Notes: generated from the letters alone by a model not told the origin. Shown: positions 9,828 to 19,605, numbered from the stretch's first letter. The stretch: DNA of 48,168 nucleotides from Candidatus Kuenenia stuttgartensis (GCA_945890885.1 CAMDDF010000003.1:1-48168), one strand, 5' to 3'. Made by a program: numbers and translations.

Positions 9828-10364
9828 TTAGTCGATGTTTCCGAAGTCTCGCCTAAGTTGCGTTTCTTTCTGTTCAGGAGACATCTTATCCCATGCCTGA
9901 TCAAGTTCGTGCTGTTCCTGTCCATCCATTTGCCATGTGGGTTTTGTAGATTTGTAATCATTATGCTTCTTTGGACTTGTATAGCTATTATACGTCTGAG
10001 ATGAAGAGAAATCATTCGAATAGGATTGGTTTGGAGTTGAGCTATTGGTCGTGCAGTTTCGAATACCAAACAAAACAAAGCAAGCGATTAGCAACAAAAA
10101 CCCGCCTTTGTACGAGACAAAAGGTTTGTATTTTATGGTCAACTGCCCACAGAGCCTTCCCATTTCAAAACAAATTGAATCAAAATTGATTTTCGGTATG
10201 AAATGGGATTGGGGGCATGCATTAATGGCAATTACCGAGTTAACCAGTATTCCTCTTTCCCGTGCTTTTTTTTCTGCATCATTTTCATCTTTGGCTTCTA
10301 TGATAAATATCACATCTTTGCCATTATTACGGAAAGCTCCACTGACCTGATATTCACGATTCAT
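9828..10364 (-). CDS. Hypothetical single-pass membrane protein
   Basis: AGGA RBS; one hydrophobic segment followed by a Ser/Thr-rich linker. Confidence 0.7.
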   Translation of the reverse strand: MNREYQVSGAFRNNGKDVIFIIEAKDENDAEKKARERGILVNSVIAINACPQSHFIPKINFDSICFEMGRLCGQLTIKYKPFVSYKGGFLLLIACFVLFGIRNCTTNSSTPNQSYSNDFSSSQTYNSYTSPKKHNDYKSTKPTWQMDGQEQHELDQAWDKMSPEQKETQLRRDFGNID

Positions 10365-10409
10365 TTTTCATTCCTACTCAGAGTGACCTATTTGAACTCT
10401 TCAACTGAA

Positions 10410-11468
10410 TTAAGGACAACCTTTTATTCTTCTTCTCAGCATCAACCCACCAAGACCAAATAAAGCAAGAGTGGTGGGTTCTGGAACTGGGGTCATCAGG
10501 AACGCATGCTCTTCACTATTAAATCTTCCATATCCCACAATTTGACCTAAATCATTAATACCAGTGGCACCAATTAACCACCAGCCACTGCCTGTGGGCA
10601 GTAAAGTATTTAAGTCAATCATATTTCCACCATCATACAAAAATGGGTGCTGGATAACATCACCACTCATATTACTGTACCCTACTATCTGACCGTTATT
10701 ATTGATGCTGGATGCTTGAGAAAAACTGCCTCCTAAAGTTCCAATATCTCTCATTATAGTACCATCATAAAAAAAAGTATGAATCGCAGAATCGCCAATA
10801 GTATAACTGCTTCCTACAACCTGAGCGTTATTATTGATGCCAAAAGCATAAGAGCTACTTCCCCCTAAAGTTCCAAGGTCTCTCATTGCAGCACCATCAT
10901 ACAAAAAAGCATGGGTGGTAGAATCGCCAGTACTACTTTTCCCTATAACCTGACCACTATTATTAATGCCCCAAGCTTGAGAAGAAATGCCACCTAAAGT
11001 CCCAAGGTCTCTCATTACAGTACCATCATACAAAAAGGCATGGATAGTAGAATTTCCCGTAATCTGACTGTACCCTATAACCTGACCGTTGTTATTGATA
11101 CCGTAAGCACCAGACTGACTTCCCCCTAAAGTTCCAATGTCTTTCATTGCAGTACCATCATACAAAAAGGCATGCTCGCCAGAATTCCCCACAATGTTAC
11201 CATTATCATTGATACCTAGAGCAGAAGCATCACCCCCTAAAGTCCCAAGGTCATTTATTGTGGTGCCATCATATAAGAAGGCATGGGTGCGATTTTCAGT
11301 AGTATAACTGCCCCCTACAACCTGACCAGTGTTATTAATGCCCCAAGCACGTGAGTAACTTCCCCCTAAAGTCCCAATATCGGTAATTGTATATTGTGTT
11401 GCTGCAATAGTCTGCCCAGAGCCAACTAACATTAAAATAGTGACCATCATGGTAATGAACTTCTTCAT
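10410..11468 (-). CDS. HAF-repeat extracellular protein with PEP-CTERM sorting signal
   Basis: Signal peptide; about seven ~44-aa repeats HAFLYDG..M.DLGTLGG..S.A.GINN.GQV; C-terminal VPEPTTLALFGLGGLMLRRR. Confidence 0.93.
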   Translation of the reverse strand: MKKFITMMVTILMLVGSGQTIAATQYTITDIGTLGGSYSRAWGINNTGQVVGGSYTTENRTHAFLYDGTTINDLGTLGGDASALGINDNGNIVGNSGEHAFLYDGTAMKDIGTLGGSQSGAYGINNNGQVIGYSQITGNSTIHAFLYDGTVMRDLGTLGGISSQAWGINNSGQVIGKSSTGDSTTHAFLYDGAAMRDLGTLGGSSSYAFGINNNAQVVGSSYTIGDSAIHTFFYDGTIMRDIGTLGGSFSQASSINNNGQIVGYSNMSGDVIQHPFLYDGGNMIDLNTLLPTGSGWWLIGATGINDLGQIVGYGRFNSEEHAFLMTPVPEPTTLALFGLGGLMLRRRIKGCP

Positions 11469-11566
11469 CTTCTCTCCTTTTTACAAAATTTTATTTCACC
11501 AACAGACAACCCGCTGATTTTACACAAATAAATTTTGATGGCGTTTTAAGATGAAGAAATGCACAT

Positions 11567-11700
11567 AAAAAAAGGGCATCGCTACATCATGCCCAATCAA
11601 GGCCCGGCAAGGCCCACAAGCGACACGCAAGCAATGCCCCATACGGGGCACTGTTCTTTGCGCGTTCGCTTGCACAAAATTTGCCGGTTTTGATTGGAAC
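11567..11700 (-). ncRNA. Candidate structured leader/attenuator RNA
   Basis: Nested complementary blocks form a ~105-nt irregular hairpin that overlaps a GGGCAT..ATGCCC-U7 terminator. Confidence 0.5.
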
Positions 11701-11891
11701 GCCTCAAAAGTTCAGTGAACTTTCAAATATTTAGTTTTTCATAATTTACAGATTTTGTGCCTTAAAAAATATTAAGCTCAATTCTTGGTTAATTTTTATG
11801 TCTGTCATCTAATTTCTGACCTCTGAAATCTATTACCGGAAATCCCCAATACAAGCTGGAATCCCCACTTATAATCTGACATTAAGGCTTA

Positions 11892-11919
11892 ATTATAGCT
11901 TTTTCCCTGTAAAATACAA
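11892..11919 (-). promoter_or_regulatory. Putative sigma70 promoter for the HAF/PEP-CTERM gene
   Basis: TTGTAT-16 nt-TATAAT on the minus strand. Confidence 0.4.
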
Positions 11920-11951
11920 GATAAAAATCCGCGCAATCTGCGTCTGCCCCC

Positions 11952-12131
11952 TGTCATTCCGAGTGAGCGCAGCGACGAGGAATCTCGTCCAACTCAACAC
12001 TGAAAACTAATGACTAACCACCCTGTCATCCCCGCGTAGGCGGGGATCCAGTTTCTGACACATTTTGAAATCCGTGTAATCCTGTGTAATCCGTGTCAGA
12101 TTCCTCGTCGCTGCGCTCACTCGGAATGACA
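11952..12131. repeat. REPIN-like doublet of family B
   Basis: Perfect 34-bp inverted repeats (11952-11985 / 12098-12131) enclosing a TGTCATCCCCGCGTAGGCGGGGATCCAG palindrome and AATCCGTGT-type short repeats. Confidence 0.85.
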
Positions 12132-12583
12132 ACAAAAAAATCTGTGTTAATCAGTGTACATCTGTGGCTAAAAAAATCTGTAATTTTTTTATTTTCCCCC
12201 TTGACGATTTTTTGACCAGATTGAGCAATCCACAATATCTACTATTCATTTTTGATGATTTTCACGTCTTCCCACGTTTTTTCGCGCGCTTTTTGATGAT
12301 TTTCACCCTCAAAATCACGATTTCCCTGTAATCTGTGTTCTGTACTCTAACATCTTGCATTAAAAACACTTACAGTTTTTTTAATGCACTTTCTTATCGT
12401 ACTTAGTGTCGTATCACCTACCCCAAAAACCTGGCTAGCAACGTCAAAAATGGCCATTTCGCTTTTTAAATTTCCGAAAAAACACCAATTTTCACAATTT
12501 TTTACCCCATTTTTAATGTGGATTTAGAAATTCCGGAAATTTACACACCAATTATTACTAAAAAATCTTATCCTGCGATGGTA

Positions 12584-12946
12584 TTAAACGGTTTTTTGGG
12601 TTCTGTGGAAAACCAGCCGCAAAATCTGGATAATCGTAAGAAGCGTAAAAAGTATTATAAACGGCAATGCCGCTACCGAAGGTGAAATGGCCGCTAAGAC
12701 TGATTGACCAAAGGAAGTTTCATTTTCAATGCTGGTTGCCTTTACAATCCAGACCAATAACTTTGCTTCGCCGTAAAGGGCCAGCAAGATACCGGCAGCT
12801 ATGAGTATTGACAAAAGAGCGGTTTTCAGATGGTGCGGCTTATGGTCGCCCTTGAACATTCGAAATACATGAAAAAAAGGCATCAAAACGCAAAGCAAAA
12901 TATAAAATAGTCCGCCGATTCCTGTTCCTGGTAGTCCTGCTGTCAT
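12584..12946 (-). CDS. Small membrane protein coupled to the GT2 gene
   Basis: Likely start MTAGLPGTGIGGLFY, 2 nt after the GT2 stop; three hydrophobic segments. Confidence 0.75.
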   Translation of the reverse strand: MTAGLPGTGIGGLFYILLCVLMPFFHVFRMFKGDHKPHHLKTALLSILIAAGILLALYGEAKLLVWIVKATSIENETSFGQSVLAAISPSVAALPFIILFTLLTIIQILRLVFHRTQKTV

Positions 12947-12948
12947 TG

Positions 12949-14022
12949 TTAGTGTCCTTTCTCGTAAACCGTAAGCGGACGCTTCATTACAAGCTCCAGC
13001 CACAGTGCTTTTAACATAAATATACTGTTGACTATTCTTAAAACAAAGAACCCCGGCAGGCTCATAAGTACCTTGCCGACTTCTTTTCTTTGATATCCTT
13101 TGTACAAGACAGGGATCGCCACGGCTGGTGCGTCAATGAGATACCCAAGTAAAAATAGCGGATTGACGAATATCGCCAATAATGGCACTATTATCAGATA
13201 GCACAGCGAAGCAACAATGGAATCCCACAGTGCAACGGCAATAATTGAACTAAGGCATGGGTGTTTGAGTAAATCGCGCCAGTGGATGCGTACGTTTTGA
13301 ACGAAGCCATGCGACCATCTGCGTAGCTGTGTACTCATAAAATGGTAATTGTGCGGCTCAATCGGATAGGAAACCGCTTCGGGAACAAATCTTACACCGT
13401 GGCCCGCGTGGTACAAAGTCCAGGTTAAATCCATGTCCTCGGCCATTGTGCGAAGAGACCAGCCGCCATTTGCGCGGAGTATGTCGGTTCGATATACAGA
13501 AAAGCAGCCCGAAGAAATCATAGGTTTATTATAGAAATCCTGTATAGGTTTGTAGAAAGTAAATGCAAATAAGTATTCGATATATCTGCCGCGTTCCCAT
13601 ATTGTTTTAACTATTCTTGGAAGGACAAGGCCGCAGGCAGCGGCGATGGAATCGTCAGCGAAAGCTTTCATTATTATTTCTGTTGCGTGCAACTCCAGCG
13701 TTGTATCGGCATCGACCGCCATTGTGTATTTTGTTTTTACAAATTGAAGGGCGTAGTTTTGGGCACCGGCCTTTGAGCCTGTATTTTTGGGCGGACAAAT
13801 GACGGTGGCACCTGTTGTTCTGGCAGCGGCAGCGGTTGCGTCGGTGGAGCAGTCGTCAATGACTATAATCTCTTCAGGCGGAAATGTCTGGTTCTGGAGA
13901 CTTCTTACCGTATCGACGATGTTTTTTTCTTCATTGTAGGCAGGGACGAGAATTGTCAGCCCGCTTTTTGTTTGGCAACACGTAGGGCAACTGTCAGTAT
14001 TGGTTTCTGTAATCATAATCAT
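12949..14022 (-). CDS. Processive GT2 glycosyltransferase (PgaC/IcaA-like)
   Basis: VPAYNEE, IDDCSTD, DAD, AED and QLRRW motifs, plus C-terminal TM helices. Confidence 0.9.
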   Translation of the reverse strand: MIMITETNTDSCPTCCQTKSGLTILVPAYNEEKNIVDTVRSLQNQTFPPEEIIVIDDCSTDATAAAARTTGATVICPPKNTGSKAGAQNYALQFVKTKYTMAVDADTTLELHATEIIMKAFADDSIAAACGLVLPRIVKTIWERGRYIEYLFAFTFYKPIQDFYNKPMISSGCFSVYRTDILRANGGWSLRTMAEDMDLTWTLYHAGHGVRFVPEAVSYPIEPHNYHFMSTQLRRWSHGFVQNVRIHWRDLLKHPCLSSIIAVALWDSIVASLCYLIIVPLLAIFVNPLFLLGYLIDAPAVAIPVLYKGYQRKEVGKVLMSLPGFFVLRIVNSIFMLKALWLELVMKRPLTVYEKGH

Positions 14023-14168
14023 GTTATATCTATCAAGTTTAACTTATATGCAATAAAAACGGCTATTATCGCACTTGTGAAAGCGATGTCAAAACAATTT
14101 TTGCGTGCCTGTGCTATGAAGGCGTGTTTGCTATTGATAAATTTCGGAATATCTGGCATTATATTGAT

Positions 14169-15023
14169 GTGAAAGCTAACAAGTTATACATTTCAGACCT
14201 TGACGGGACACTTCTTGGCAATGATGCCAGGCTGTCGGATTACGCATTGGAAAACCTTACCAGTCTTATCGAGTCGGGATTGAATTTCACCATCGCAAGC
14301 GCGCGAAGCCTTACATCAATACGCGAAATAATCCGCGGGCTGCCGGTGCGATTGCCGGTAATCGAAATAAACGGGGCGCTGATTTCCGATCTGCAAACCG
14401 GCAAACATCATACCATCAACACTATACATAAAAACACCGTCGAAAACATCTTCACGCATATCACCGACCACGGCTGTATGCCCTTTATATCAAGCTTCGA
14501 CGGCAACAAGGACAATCTCTATTACGAAAAAGTTGTCAACGAGGGTATGCGATGGTTTCTCGGCGACGATACCGAAGACCACGTCAAAAGAGTCCGCAGA
14601 ATCGGCAATATAGCTGAGTCATTCGATGAGCAGGTTGTCTGCATAACGGTAATCGACCGATTCGAAGTGATGCAGAAATTATCGGATAAAATCAAATCAG
14701 AGTTTCCAAGCCAGCTTGAAAACCATTTTTTCGCTAATCCGTATAATGAACAGTGGCATTGGCTCACTATTCACGATAAACGTGCCAACAAAGCGATAGC
14801 GGTAAAGCAGCTTGCAAATGAGTTGGGCTATGGGCTTGAAGATGTGGTTGTTTTCGGAGATAATCTTAATGATGTTCAGATGATGCAGCTTAACAGAGAT
14901 GGCGCCCATTCGGTGGCGGTCGATAACGCTACCGATGAAGTGAAATTGTTCGCAAGCGAAATTGTAGATTCCAATGAAAACGACGGCGTAGTTAAATATC
15001 TTTTGAAAGGGGTCAGATTATGA
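14169..15023 (+). CDS. Cof-type HAD-IIB phosphatase
   Basis: SDLDGTLL, ASARS, NK and FGDNLND motifs; likely GTG start at 14169. Confidence 0.9.
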   Translation: MKANKLYISDLDGTLLGNDARLSDYALENLTSLIESGLNFTIASARSLTSIREIIRGLPVRLPVIEINGALISDLQTGKHHTINTIHKNTVENIFTHITDHGCMPFISSFDGNKDNLYYEKVVNEGMRWFLGDDTEDHVKRVRRIGNIAESFDEQVVCITVIDRFEVMQKLSDKIKSEFPSQLENHFFANPYNEQWHWLTIHDKRANKAIAVKQLANELGYGLEDVVVFGDNLNDVQMMQLNRDGAHSVAVDNATDEVKLFASEIVDSNENDGVVKYLLKGVRL

Positions 15024-15820
15024 AAACTCAAATTGCAGTTTTTGCGGCTTTGGTTTTAATGCTATTTTGCGGGGGCTGTGCGACGAATGCCGTAACAGGC
15101 AAAACTGAGTTTCAGCTTATGGGAGGCAATATAAGCTCCGATGTCGCGATGGGCCAGCAAGCTTCCGAAGGTGTAATAAAGGAGATGAGCAAGGGCGAGG
15201 TTTCTGGTCCGATGCAAAATTATGTGAACTATGTCGGCCAGAAGATTGCGGCGGTAAGTCATAATCCGGAACTCGAATGGCACTTTATGGTACTTAATAA
15301 TGAAACTGTCAATGCGTTTGCCCTGCCAGGCGGATATATTTATATAACTACCGGAATGCTCAAGGCATTGCAGAATGAATCACAGATGGCAGCGGTACTT
15401 GCCCACGAGGCGGTACACGTAACCGCACGGCACTCGGCCAGCGCGATGAGCAAGCAGCTCGCAGTTGACCTTGCGATATCGCTTGGAACAAATGCCCAGA
15501 CTGCTTCAGCAATGAGGGTCGCCCAGATAGTCAGCCAGCTTGAAGGCCTACGTTATAGCAGAAAGCATGAGCGTGAAGCTGATTTTTACGGACTGGATTA
15601 TCTTGTCGCGGCGGGCTATAACCCAAACGGCATGGTCGAAATGATGAAAATGCTTGAACAATTGAATAGCTCAAGCCCTATCGAATTTTTCTCTACGCAC
15701 CCAAGCCCCGAAAACAGGCTGGAATTGATAGAGCAAAAAATCAGAGAAAAAGGCTGGCAACCACTCGGCTTAGTCAATGAACAGGATTATAGGAAAAATG
15801 TACTGAGCTATCTGCCGTAA
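15020..15820 (+). CDS. M48 family zinc metallopeptidase, lipoprotein
   Basis: Lipobox-like GGC; NAFALPGG, HEAVH, E.EAD, STHP. Confidence 0.92.
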   Translation: MKTQIAVFAALVLMLFCGGCATNAVTGKTEFQLMGGNISSDVAMGQQASEGVIKEMSKGEVSGPMQNYVNYVGQKIAAVSHNPELEWHFMVLNNETVNAFALPGGYIYITTGMLKALQNESQMAAVLAHEAVHVTARHSASAMSKQLAVDLAISLGTNAQTASAMRVAQIVSQLEGLRYSRKHEREADFYGLDYLVAAGYNPNGMVEMMKMLEQLNSSSPIEFFSTHPSPENRLELIEQKIREKGWQPLGLVNEQDYRKNVLSYLP

Positions 15821-15872
15821 CTAATACCAAGTCAACTTAATTACGATTTTTATCTTTCGCCCCGTCGGGGCT

Positions 15873-16085
15873 TTATCCGGTCGCTTCCGCGACTCGGCTT
15901 CAATATTTCGTATTATCGTATTATCGTGTCGCTTGCGCTCCACGCTTTCATTATATTATCCGGCGATGGCGCTTTCAGCTACTGTTTCCGAATACCCGCA
16001 TGCGATGGTATGACAGTACGGGTGCAAAAATCAAATCCAATTAGCATACCGAGATTCCTCGTCGCTGCGCTCGCTCGGAATGACA
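15873..16085. repeat. Inverted copies of REP-like families A and B between convergent genes
   Basis: 15873-15951 matches the reverse complement of ~8895-8953 with an inserted TATTATCG tandem; 16051-16085 matches family B. Confidence 0.85.
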
Positions 16086-16093
16086 AATAGAAG

Positions 16094-17236
16094 CTATAGG
16101 CAGACCGTGGATTTTTCCTTTTCTGATTTTAATGCAGCGGTAAAGAGTTTATGGCTCAAGGCGGCTTCATCGGGCGTAACACATCCTGCGAATTTGCTTA
16201 TCGGCTTGCCGTGATGGATTTCATACAAAAATGCAGCCCACATCTGCAAAATGGAATCCGAAAATCCGGCCTCGAATATCCCGCCGGTGATTGACTTGTA
16301 AGCCATTTCGTGACCCATATCAATTACCTGCCAGGCTTGTTCGCCGCCGGTGTATTCCAGAATTTCAACGGTATTTATCTGCTTGCTCGACCAGCGTGCA
16401 GAGGCTTTTGTACCGAGAACTTCAAAGTACCATGTATTCTTATTGCCGGGGGCAATACGCTGAGTTTTTATTGTCATAGGAAACTGTACTTTGCTACTGG
16501 TATCCTCAGTAAGGCAAAATAATGTCGCATTATCCCATGTTTCACAAGGAGCCATGCCGCCCTTTCCATCGGGCCTTTCTTTGACAATCTTGCTCAAAAT
16601 AGCAGAGACGTTTTTCGGAAGCCAGCCGGCACGGAAAGGCATATGGCAAGCGTGCATACCCAAATCACCCATGCAGCCATATTCGCCGTTGAGTTTGAGC
16701 ATTCGTTTCCAGTTAATCGGTTTTGTAAAATCAAGATCGCTGGAATGCAAAAATCCGCTGTTGACTTCGAGAATATGCCCAAAGGCATTATTTTCCAGCA
16801 TTTTCCCAATTTTCTGCATAGCAGGAAAAAACAGCGATTCGCTTGAACACCGGACAAACACATTCGGATGCTTTTTAATGCAATCCATAATCGTATCGTT
16901 TGCGGGCTTATCTATGCCAAATGGTTTTTCGCCAAGCAGATGCTTTCCAGCCTTGATCGCGGCACAGTAAAGTTCAGCATGCAGGTTGTGCGGAACGGCA
17001 ATATAAACAGCTTCGACATCAGCATTTGCCAGCAGCTGCTTATAATCGGAAGTTACCTGCTTGATACTCTGAAAATTATCAGTGTACCATTTCAGGATTT
17101 TATCGCTTGTATCGCAAACGGCAACAATTTCAGGCTTGACATCAATGTCCGACAAATGGCACCACCTTGCGGCGGCACTTGCAAATTCACGGCCCATCAG
17201 GCCACAACCGATTATTCCGAATTTTACTGTACGCAT
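16094..17236 (-). CDS. Gfo/Idh/MocA family oxidoreductase
   Basis: GIIGCGLMG, AVPHNLH, GEKP, DLGMH. Confidence 0.92.
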   Translation of the reverse strand: MRTVKFGIIGCGLMGREFASAAARWCHLSDIDVKPEIVAVCDTSDKILKWYTDNFQSIKQVTSDYKQLLANADVEAVYIAVPHNLHAELYCAAIKAGKHLLGEKPFGIDKPANDTIMDCIKKHPNVFVRCSSESLFFPAMQKIGKMLENNAFGHILEVNSGFLHSSDLDFTKPINWKRMLKLNGEYGCMGDLGMHACHMPFRAGWLPKNVSAILSKIVKERPDGKGGMAPCETWDNATLFCLTEDTSSKVQFPMTIKTQRIAPGNKNTWYFEVLGTKASARWSSKQINTVEILEYTGGEQAWQVIDMGHEMAYKSITGGIFEAGFSDSILQMWAAFLYEIHHGKPISKFAGCVTPDEAALSHKLFTAALKSEKEKSTVCL

Positions 17237-17306
17237 TTTAACTCCTTATGAAAATATATAAATAGGGCCCCACATAAAAGTTATGAAGCCCTATTCGAAA
17301 GATAAA

Positions 17307-18683
17307 TTACATCAGTTCCTTTTCAGTTTCGCCAATCGCCTCATCAATCATATCAAGGCCTTTCATCAGGACTTCATCTTCCATAACAATAGGAGGACTC
17401 ATGCGGAGGATGTGCCCTGCCGGTATCCAGGCAAGACCCTTTGCGAAGGCTTTCTGATAAACTCGCTTGCCTGCTTCATTGAACGGCTCTTTGGTTTTCT
17501 TGTCTTTAACAAGCTCAATACCCATCAAGCAGCCTTTAGCACGGACATCGCCGACTATCGGATGTTCAGCTTTCATTCTTTCCATTCTTTTCAGTGCGAT
17601 CTCGCCGAGATGAGTTGCACGTTCAAGCAGATTCTCTTCTTCGATTGCTTCGATGCAAGCAAGAGCCGCTGCACAAGCCATCGGATTGCCGCCGTAACTG
17701 CTCGATGCTGAAATTGACTCAAACGATTCTTTCAAATGTTCGCGAACTGCAACACAGGTAACAGGGAAGCCATTACCGAATCCCTTGCCGAGCGTAACAA
17801 CATCCGGCACAACGTCCCAATGTTCCATGCAAAGCCATTTGCCTGTTCTGCCAAAACTTGTAAGCACTTCATCTATCATAAGCAAAATGCCTTTTTTGTC
17901 GCAGTATTTGCGAAGCTTGGGGAAGAAATCTTCCGGAGGCATAACCGAACCGCCCCAGCCCTGAATAGGCTCAAGAACGAAGCCTGCAATATTATTCATT
18001 GTGCCTTTGTCGATAAACTCATCGAAAAGCTCAATATATTTATCGGAATCAGGTGTACCATCTGGCTTTGTAAACATAGGCCTGTATGTGTTTGGGCGGG
18101 GAACCATATACATTCCCGGGGCTCTGCTGGAACCATAAACACTTGAGCGGATATGGCCGAGCGAAACACCACCGTAGGTTTTGCCGTGATAATCATAAAA
18201 ACATGAAACCATTTCTGTTTTCTTACTTGCGGCACGAAGAACACGCTGACCAGCCTCAACTGCGGTAGTGCCGGAATCGTAGAACTGGAAACCAGTTAAA
18301 TCGCCGGGCAGAATTTCAACAAGTTTTTCAACGAGCCTGGTTTTAATTTCCGTTGTAAAATCGTGGCAGTTCATCAACTTGGCAGCCATCTGCTGCACAG
18401 CTTCGGTAACCTTCGGATGGCAATGGCCCAGCGTTGTTACATAGATACCGCTGGAAAAGTCAATATACCTGTTGCCGTCGGCATCGACAAGCTCACAACC
18501 TTTGCCGCTCTCAAAAGCAACAGGAAAAAGCTTAACCTGCTCGCTTAATCCCTTGAAATATTTTGTGCATCTTGCGTGCAACGCTTTGGATTTGGGGCCT
18601 GGAACTGCGGTTTTCATATCTGGAACCTGTTTTAAGTCCAGATGTGCCCATTTCGGGGCTGAAGCTATTTTTTTCTGTGTCAT
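17307..18683 (-). CDS. Class III PLP-dependent aminotransferase
   Basis: LGHCHP, YHGKT, EPIQG, DEVLTSFGRTG, LGKG (PLP lysine), SYGGNP. Confidence 0.92.
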   Translation of the reverse strand: MTQKKIASAPKWAHLDLKQVPDMKTAVPGPKSKALHARCTKYFKGLSEQVKLFPVAFESGKGCELVDADGNRYIDFSSGIYVTTLGHCHPKVTEAVQQMAAKLMNCHDFTTEIKTRLVEKLVEILPGDLTGFQFYDSGTTAVEAGQRVLRAASKKTEMVSCFYDYHGKTYGGVSLGHIRSSVYGSSRAPGMYMVPRPNTYRPMFTKPDGTPDSDKYIELFDEFIDKGTMNNIAGFVLEPIQGWGGSVMPPEDFFPKLRKYCDKKGILLMIDEVLTSFGRTGKWLCMEHWDVVPDVVTLGKGFGNGFPVTCVAVREHLKESFESISASSSYGGNPMACAAALACIEAIEEENLLERATHLGEIALKRMERMKAEHPIVGDVRAKGCLMGIELVKDKKTKEPFNEAGKRVYQKAFAKGLAWIPAGHILRMSPPIVMEDEVLMKGLDMIDEAIGETEKELM

Positions 18684-18701
18684 TTTAATACTCCTGTTAA
18701 T

Positions 18702-19487
18702 TTATATTTTAGAAACAATTATTTCCGAACATATTTTCTTTAAAGACTGAAACTGCTCCGGCGTAATACCGCTATCAGTGATAAGTGCATTCACTTCGGC
18801 AAGGGAACCATTTGATGCAAAATCAATTTTGCCTATCTTCGAACTGTCGCAGAGAACGTAAGTCTGATTCGCCCTTTTTCGCATTTTCTGGTCAACTTTG
18901 GCAATTCGCATATCAGTGTTGAATAATTCTCCGTTTAATCCTATGCCGTCCGCACCTTGAAATGCAATATCAACCATAAACATATCGAGAACTTTTTCAG
19001 CGACAACTCCGGTCAGGTCAGGACTGCCCTTTCGGATAATGCCGCCCAAAAGAACGGTCTGGATGCCTGACGAAAACTGCAATACCGATGCAACCGCCAA
19101 GCTTGGGGTTATCACTGTCAAATTTTCAAAATCTTTCAACAAATATGCCAATTCAAGAGTGGTCGTGCCAGTATCAAGAATTAAACGCTGGCCCGGCTGG
19201 ACGAATTTCAAAGCCTCTTGAGCTATTGCCTTTTTAGCTTTCTGATTGCTCGCCCGGCGGCTGGCAAAATCAAATTCAAATTCCATTCGCTCAGCAGGCA
19301 CTGCTCCGCCGTAAGTTCTTTCGATGTGGCCCTGCTGCTGCAACTTATTTAAGTCCCTGTGTATCGTCATTTCGCTGACGTTGAATTTTTTCGCCAACTC
19401 ATTAACAACTAAAAGCTTACCTTGCTTTAATAGCTCGATTATATGCTTCTTTCTCTGTTCAAATGGGGCTTTTGCGGCCATGGTCAT
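18702..19487 (-). CDS. DeoR/GlpR family transcriptional regulator
   Basis: VSEMTIHRDL, RTYGGA, LDTGTTT, DSSK. Confidence 0.93.
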   Translation of the reverse strand: MTMAAKAPFEQRKKHIIELLKQGKLLVVNELAKKFNVSEMTIHRDLNKLQQQGHIERTYGGAVPAERMEFEFDFASRRASNQKAKKAIAQEALKFVQPGQRLILDTGTTTLELAYLLKDFENLTVITPSLAVASVLQFSSGIQTVLLGGIIRKGSPDLTGVVAEKVLDMFMVDIAFQGADGIGLNGELFNTDMRIAKVDQKMRKRANQTYVLCDSSKIGKIDFASNGSLAEVNALITDSGITPEQFQSLKKICSEIIVSKI

Positions 19488-19512
19488 CCTGTAAAAATGT
19501 TATATATACATA

Positions 19513-19605
19513 CTTATAACAATTACTAACATTTTATTCAAGAAAAAAAACAAAAATATTATTTTTAATAAACTATTTGCTATTTTTTTTAGAATTGGTT
19601 ATAAC
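19513..19605. promoter_or_regulatory. Divergent sigma70 promoters with a GTTATAAC operator candidate
   Basis: Minus strand TTGAAT-17-TATAAG (19541-19513); plus strand TTGCTA-17-TATAAC (19577-19605) overlapping the palindrome GTTATAAC. Confidence 0.55.

Noticed and set aside
10500-11400. ~132-bp tandem DNA repeats as a DGR or non-coding array
   Set aside because: Fully explained by in-frame HAF protein repeats; no reverse transcriptase gene is present.
12026-12235. 69-aa minus-strand ORF
   Set aside because: Made almost entirely of repeat-derived sequence (VIPSERSDEES, TDYTG, GSPPTRG).
17261-17295. Intergenic hairpin between the aminotransferase and Gfo genes
   Set aside because: Imperfect stem with no immediate U tract; no support for a terminator or RNA call.
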